Shown here: in pieces, positions 7,175 through 11,253 of the stretch | Layout: each line of letters starts with the position of its first letter | Position numbering within the stretch: position 1 is the stretch's first letter | DNA from: Candidatus Eiseniibacteriota bacterium | Lineage (GTDB): Bacteria; Eisenbacteria; RBG-16-71-46 | NCBI GenBank assembly: GCA_031366795.1 | Contig: JANLOX010000153.1 | Location: 1-11,253 of the forward strand | Reading direction: 5' to 3' | DNA length: 11,253 nt | Translations under genes and position numbers: made by a program | Notes under the pieces: model-generated | Database searches by the model: none | What the model was told of the DNA's origin: nothing | What the model saw: only the letters and a program-made list of their open reading frames with translations

Positions 7175-7495
7175 CCCCGAAGGGCCGGCGATTCGAGGGT
7201 CGCCCTGTTCAACCTCGCAGGCACCGCAACCCTCGAGCCCGCCACCGGCATCCAAACCATTGTCGAGGTGACGCGCGGTTTCATGAATATCGACACCGGC
7301 TCGGGCGATGTCGACGTCCGTGGGGTGAAATCGCGGCTGCTGCACGTCGCTACCGGCTCGGGCAGCATCGACACCGATGTTCCGCTCACCGCGGTGCACC
7401 GCGATCATGGTGAGTTGCGCGGGCAGATGGGCGATGGCCGCGGCCGCATCGTGATCGAGACCGGCACCGGCGGGATTCGTTTCGCCGGGCGCTGA
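7163..7495 (+). pseudogene. Truncated, internally deleted DUF4097-like beta-strand repeat protein (110 aa remnant)
   Basis: RVALFNLAG...VEVTRG is joined to IDTGSGDVDV, VATGSGSIDTD and GQMGDGRGRIVIETGTGGI. TGSG repeats are 19 aa apart (ACCGGCTCGGGC at 7295 and 7352). No signal peptide or RBS; the start is uncertain. Confidence 0.6.
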
Positions 7496-7656
7496 CCTGG
7501 CGCGCAGGCCCCTCCCTGCGCCCGCTCCCGCATTCCCCGCGCTGGTCGGTGCCCCTATGCATTGCGGTGGACGTTCGGCTACATTTCCTTGGGCGAGCCG
7601 CGGCACGCAGTCGCGATCGCACCACGCGGAAACTGCGGGAGGCTTAAGCGCCCACC

Positions 7657-9231
7657 ATGAGCATCGATTCGCACGAAGACGGCCTGTCACGCCGGGAGTT
7701 CATCCGGCGCGGCGCCATGCTGGGTGCCGCGGCATTCGTGGGCGGCACCGTGCTGGATACGGTGATGGGCCGAACGGCGCTGGCAGGCCCGGACGCGGCG
7801 CTCCCCAACGTCTCGTCGCTGCTCACGCGCGACCAGATCAGCGAACTGCTCAGGCATGCGCTGTCGCGCGGCGGTGATTTCGCCGAGGTGTATGCGGAAT
7901 ACACCCTGCTCACCTCGCTCACGGTGGACCAGGGCAAGCTCTCGACCATGGAATACGGCGTGCTCGCCGGGACCGGTATTCGGGTGCTCTCGGGCACACA
8001 GGTCGGCTATGCCTACTCCGATGATTTTGACATGGGGCACCTGCGCGAGGCCGCCCTCACGGCGGCCAGCATCGCCCCCAAGGGCGGCGCGGGCGCGATC
8101 AAGCCCTATCGTGTTTCAGGCGCCAAGGCACCGTTCACGCTCAAGTCGCCGGCGCCCTTGTCGCTCTCGGAGCGCCAGAAGATCGACTTGTTGATGCACG
8201 GTGACGCTGCTGCGCGCGGCGTCGACAAGCGCATCACGCAGGTGACGGCCTCGTGGGGCGACACCGCGCGGCGCCTGCTCGTGGCGAACAGTGAGGGCGT
8301 GTTCGAGACCGACGAGCAGTACGTCTCGCGACTTGTTTTCATCCCGCTCGCGGTCGATGGCTCCATGCGACAGTCCGGGTTCGAGAGCACGGGGGGCACG
8401 GTCGAGGCGGGCTTCTACGACATCGCCCGCGCCGAAGCTCTCGCGAGGAAGGCGGCAGCCGTGGCGGTCGAGCTGCTCACCGCGGTGGAGCCCAAGGCCG
8501 GCACCTACCCGGTGGTGATCGCGCCGGGCTGGGGAGGTGTGCTCGCGCACGAGTGCTTCGGCCACAGCCTCGAGGGCGACGGGATCCGCAAGAAGTCCTC
8601 GATCCGCGCCACGCAGCTCGGCACCCAAGTGGCGGCGAAGGGCGTCAACATTTTCGACGACGGCACGGTGCCCAACAGCCGCGGCTCATTCCGCGTCGAT
8701 GACGAGGGCACGCCCTCTCGCAAGAACCAGGTCGTCGAGGACGGCGTGCTGCGCGGCTTCCTGTGGGACCGGCTGAACCTCAAGTACGCCGATGCCGCGG
8801 TCTCCAAGGACGCGATACTGACGGGCAACGGCCGGCGCGCCAGCTATCGCGACTTCCCCATCCCGCGCATGACCAACACGTACATCGCTGCGGGCACCCG
8901 CGATCCCAAGGACATCATCTCCGAGGTGAAGCAGGGTCTCTATTGCGCCAACATGTCGGGCGGCTCGGTGAACCCGGCCGACGGCAACTTCAGCTTCGCC
9001 TGCACGCTCGCTTACAACATCGAGGACGGCAAGATCACCTCGCCCGTCCGCGACGTGACGCTCACGGGTAACGGCGCGGACGCCATGATGAAGATCGACG
9101 CGCTCGGCACGGATCTCACCATCGACGGCTGTTCGGGAACCTGCGGCAAGCAAGGACAATCCAAGCCGGTCGGTGTCGGCCAGCCCACGGTGCGATTCTC
9201 CGGCTTCACCGTCGGCGGAACCAAAACCTAG
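7657..9231 (+). CDS. tldD: TldD metalloprotease catalytic subunit with N-terminal Tat signal peptide
   Basis: ALSRGGDFAEVYAE, HECFGHSLEGD (HExxxH), RGSFRVDDEG, TGNGRRASYRDFPIPRMTNTY and CGKQGQSKPVGVGQPT (Cys ligand). N-terminal SRREFI, a hydrophobic stretch and ALA at aa 41-43. Confidence 0.95.
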   Translation: MSIDSHEDGLSRREFIRRGAMLGAAAFVGGTVLDTVMGRTALAGPDAALPNVSSLLTRDQISELLRHALSRGGDFAEVYAEYTLLTSLTVDQGKLSTMEYGVLAGTGIRVLSGTQVGYAYSDDFDMGHLREAALTAASIAPKGGAGAIKPYRVSGAKAPFTLKSPAPLSLSERQKIDLLMHGDAAARGVDKRITQVTASWGDTARRLLVANSEGVFETDEQYVSRLVFIPLAVDGSMRQSGFESTGGTVEAGFYDIARAEALARKAAAVAVELLTAVEPKAGTYPVVIAPGWGGVLAHECFGHSLEGDGIRKKSSIRATQLGTQVAAKGVNIFDDGTVPNSRGSFRVDDEGTPSRKNQVVEDGVLRGFLWDRLNLKYADAAVSKDAILTGNGRRASYRDFPIPRMTNTYIAAGTRDPKDIISEVKQGLYCANMSGGSVNPADGNFSFACTLAYNIEDGKITSPVRDVTLTGNGADAMMKIDALGTDLTIDGCSGTCGKQGQSKPVGVGQPTVRFSGFTVGGTKT

Positions 9232-9243
9232 CCCGGAGTATTC

Positions 9244-10608
9244 ATGAAACGCGTGATGGCAGATTCCTCGAAGGACATCGTCACTCGCGCTCTCGCCGAG
9301 GCGAAGCGGGCGGGTGCGACCGAAGCCGAAGTGATGCTCGAACGCACGCGCATCATGTCGGTGCAGGTGCGCGAAGCGGCACCCGAGTCGGTGAAGCAGG
9401 CGAACAGGCGCGGGCTCGGCCTGCGCGTCTTCGTCGACCAGAAGCCAGCCCTCGTCTACACCTCGGACTTCCGGCCCGAAGCACTCGCGTCCATCGCGAC
9501 CAAGGCCGTCGCCCTCGCAAAGTTTGGCGTGTCCGACATTTCCAATGCGCTCGCGGCGCCTTCCGGTGCTTATCCGGACACGGCGAGGCTCAAGCTGTTC
9601 GATCCCGCGATCGCCTCCATGACTCCCTATGCAGCGCAGCAGCTGGCGATCGACACCGAGCGCGCAGGGCTCGCGGCGGATCCGCGTGTGAAGAAGTCGC
9701 AGGGCGCAAGCTGCTCCGCCACGCGCGGCGAAACGTGGATCGTGAACTCCAAGGGCATTGAGGCGACCTACGAGTCAACCGCGGTGGCCTTGAGCACCTC
9801 GATGCTGGCGCCCGACGAGGGCGGCAAGCAACAGATCGGCAGCGATGGCGACTCGCAGCGCGAGCTGGCGAAGCTGCGTAGCCCTGGGCAGATCGGCCGC
9901 GAGGCGGCGAAGCGGGCGGGCATGCTCGTCGGTGCGCGGAAGGTCCCGACCACAAGGGTGCCAGTGCTCATGCACCCTGATGTCGCCGCAGGCTGGATCC
10001 AGAACATGTTCAGCGCCTTCTCGGGCGAGCAGGTATTCAAGAAGGCCTCGTTCCTGACTGAGAAGCGCGACCAGGTGATCGGCTCCTCGTTGGTCACGGT
10101 TATCGACGACGGCACCATGGTCGGAGCCGTCGGCACCGCCCCGTTCGATGCCGAGGGCGTGCCCACGCAGCGCCTTGCCCTGCTCGACAAGGGGACGGTG
10201 CGCAATTTCGTCTACAACACGCGTTGGGCGATCAAGGCCGGCGCCAAGTCCACCGGCAACGCCGCGCGTGGCTACAACAGCTCGCCCGGGATTGGCTCGC
10301 ACAACCTGTACATCGAGAACGGCACCACCCCGCTCGATGAGCTGATGAAGAGCCTCGACCGCGCGTTCTACATTGTCGACACGGGCGCCTTCGGCTACCA
10401 GGCCAACACCGGAGGCTGGTCGTACCAGGCCAAGGGCTACTGGATGGAAAAGGGCGTGATCGTGCATCCGGTCGCCGAGGTCACGCTGGCATCGGACTCG
10501 CTCTCGATGCTCAAGGGCGTCGTCAAGGTCGCGGATGATCTCGTGTTCAGCGGCTCGATCAATTCGCCGCACCTGCTCATCGATGAGATGACGCTGTCGG
10601 GGTCGTAG
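9244..10608 (+). CDS. pmbA: TldE/PmbA non-catalytic subunit
   Basis: GATEAEV, GLGLRVF, LKLFDP, KKASFL...IGS, PFDAEGVPT, STGNAARG and GSINSPHLLIDEMTLSG. No HExxxH and no signal peptide. GGAG at 9235-9238; starts 12 nt after tldD. Confidence 0.92.
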   Translation: MKRVMADSSKDIVTRALAEAKRAGATEAEVMLERTRIMSVQVREAAPESVKQANRRGLGLRVFVDQKPALVYTSDFRPEALASIATKAVALAKFGVSDISNALAAPSGAYPDTARLKLFDPAIASMTPYAAQQLAIDTERAGLAADPRVKKSQGASCSATRGETWIVNSKGIEATYESTAVALSTSMLAPDEGGKQQIGSDGDSQRELAKLRSPGQIGREAAKRAGMLVGARKVPTTRVPVLMHPDVAAGWIQNMFSAFSGEQVFKKASFLTEKRDQVIGSSLVTVIDDGTMVGAVGTAPFDAEGVPTQRLALLDKGTVRNFVYNTRWAIKAGAKSTGNAARGYNSSPGIGSHNLYIENGTTPLDELMKSLDRAFYIVDTGAFGYQANTGGWSYQAKGYWMEKGVIVHPVAEVTLASDSLSMLKGVVKVADDLVFSGSINSPHLLIDEMTLSGS

Positions 10609-10615
10609 GGGCGGA

Positions 10616-11253
10616 TTGACCACGCCCCTCATTCGCCTGGGTTCCCTGCCACGGCGAATCACCAAGTTGGATCTGCTCGCCTTCCTCGACGAGCACGGGG
10701 GCCTGGATCGCCGCCACGTGGGGCAGATCGCATTGAACGGGCACGAAGCCACGATCGAGGTGCCTGAAGGCTGGCCCGCCCGGCTCGTGAAAGCGCTCGA
10801 CGGGCAGCCGCTCGGCGATCGTCGCGTGCGCGCTTGGGCTGAGCATTCGAGTGATAGGCCATCGAGTGCGGGGGAACACTTCGCGCGGCTGCTCCGCCTG
10901 CTCGACATGGAGACGCAGGCCGCGGCACAGCAGGCGGCTGAACGGGCCCGCAGACTCGCTCCGGCGGAAGCCGAGCGCAGCGGCTTCAGCATGATCGACC
11001 TGGTCATTCGCGACGAGGAGTCGGGCCTGGGCGGGCGCACGCTCCTGAGGCTGGGCAAGCGGAAGTCGTCCCCGCTGCCGTGGACACGATTGGGCGTCGG
11101 GAGTCCGGTCCTCCTCACGCCCGAAAAGCGTGGTCACGCCGCCAGCTACCGCGGCGTGGTCTGCGAGCGGACGGATGATGCGTTGCAGGTCGCCCTCGCC
11201 GGCATGCCCGACGACCTGGACGAGCATGAGCTCTGGCGGCTCGATCACTCCAG
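10616..11253 (+). CDS. DbpA-type RNA-binding domain fused to IGHMBP2/Upf1-like (DNA2/NAM7, SF1) helicase N-terminus, 3'-truncated
   Basis: Manual translation from TTG 10616 (in-frame TGA upstream at 10589) is open to the window end: MTTPLIRLGSLPRRITKLDLLAFLDEHGGLDRRHVGQIALNGHEATIEVPEGWPARLVKALDGQPLGDRRVRAW...EHFARLLRLLDMETQA...AEAERSGFSMIDLVIRDEESGLGGRTLLRL...LPWTRLGVGSPVLL...RGVV...WRLD. The Walker A motif would lie beyond the window. Confidence 0.75.
   Translation, partial: MTTPLIRLGSLPRRITKLDLLAFLDEHGGLDRRHVGQIALNGHEATIEVPEGWPARLVKALDGQPLGDRRVRAWAEHSSDRPSSAGEHFARLLRLLDMETQAAAQQAAERARRLAPAEAERSGFSMIDLVIRDEESGLGGRTLLRLGKRKSSPLPWTRLGVGSPVLLTPEKRGHAASYRGVVCERTDDALQVALAGMPDDLDEHELWRLDHS

Noticed and set aside
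7138..7389. 84-aa N-terminal extension of add in the ORF track
   Set aside because: It is the antisense of the DUF4097 remnant. Add homology begins at MIDRSLPL (7137).
7502..7521. Hairpin GCGCAGG-cccctc-CCTGCGC after the DUF4097 remnant; similar GC hairpins near 2030-2071 and 3468-3492
   Set aside because: No U-tracts, and short GC stems are expected by chance at this composition, so they were not called as terminators.
7496..7656. RiPP precursor or riboswitch upstream of tldD
   Set aside because: No small ORF with an RBS and Gly/Ser/Cys-rich core, no modification enzymes nearby, and no recognisable riboswitch consensus.

Overview
GC-rich bacterial chromosomal window with four blocks. (1) A + strand operon: a 5'-truncated class I/II PLP aminotransferase, an actinobacterial-type clpS and a DUF2017-like gene. 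(2) A MacA-like periplasmic adaptor plus two paralogous MacB/FtsX-type permeases, with no ATPase or outer-membrane gene in the block, behind a palindromic candidate ECF-sigma promoter. (3) A ~125-bp ERIC-like palindromic element whose ends coincide with the stop codons of permease 2 and a convergent adenosine deaminase (add). add appears leaderless, and a collapsed DUF4097 remnant lies divergent from it. (4) A + strand operon: tldD carrying a twin-arginine (Tat) signal, signal-less tldE/pmbA, and a 3'-truncated gene absent from the ORF track that fuses a DbpA-type RNA-binding domain to the N-terminus of an IGHMBP2/Upf1-like helicase. All family calls rest on motifs recognised by eye; no searches were run.
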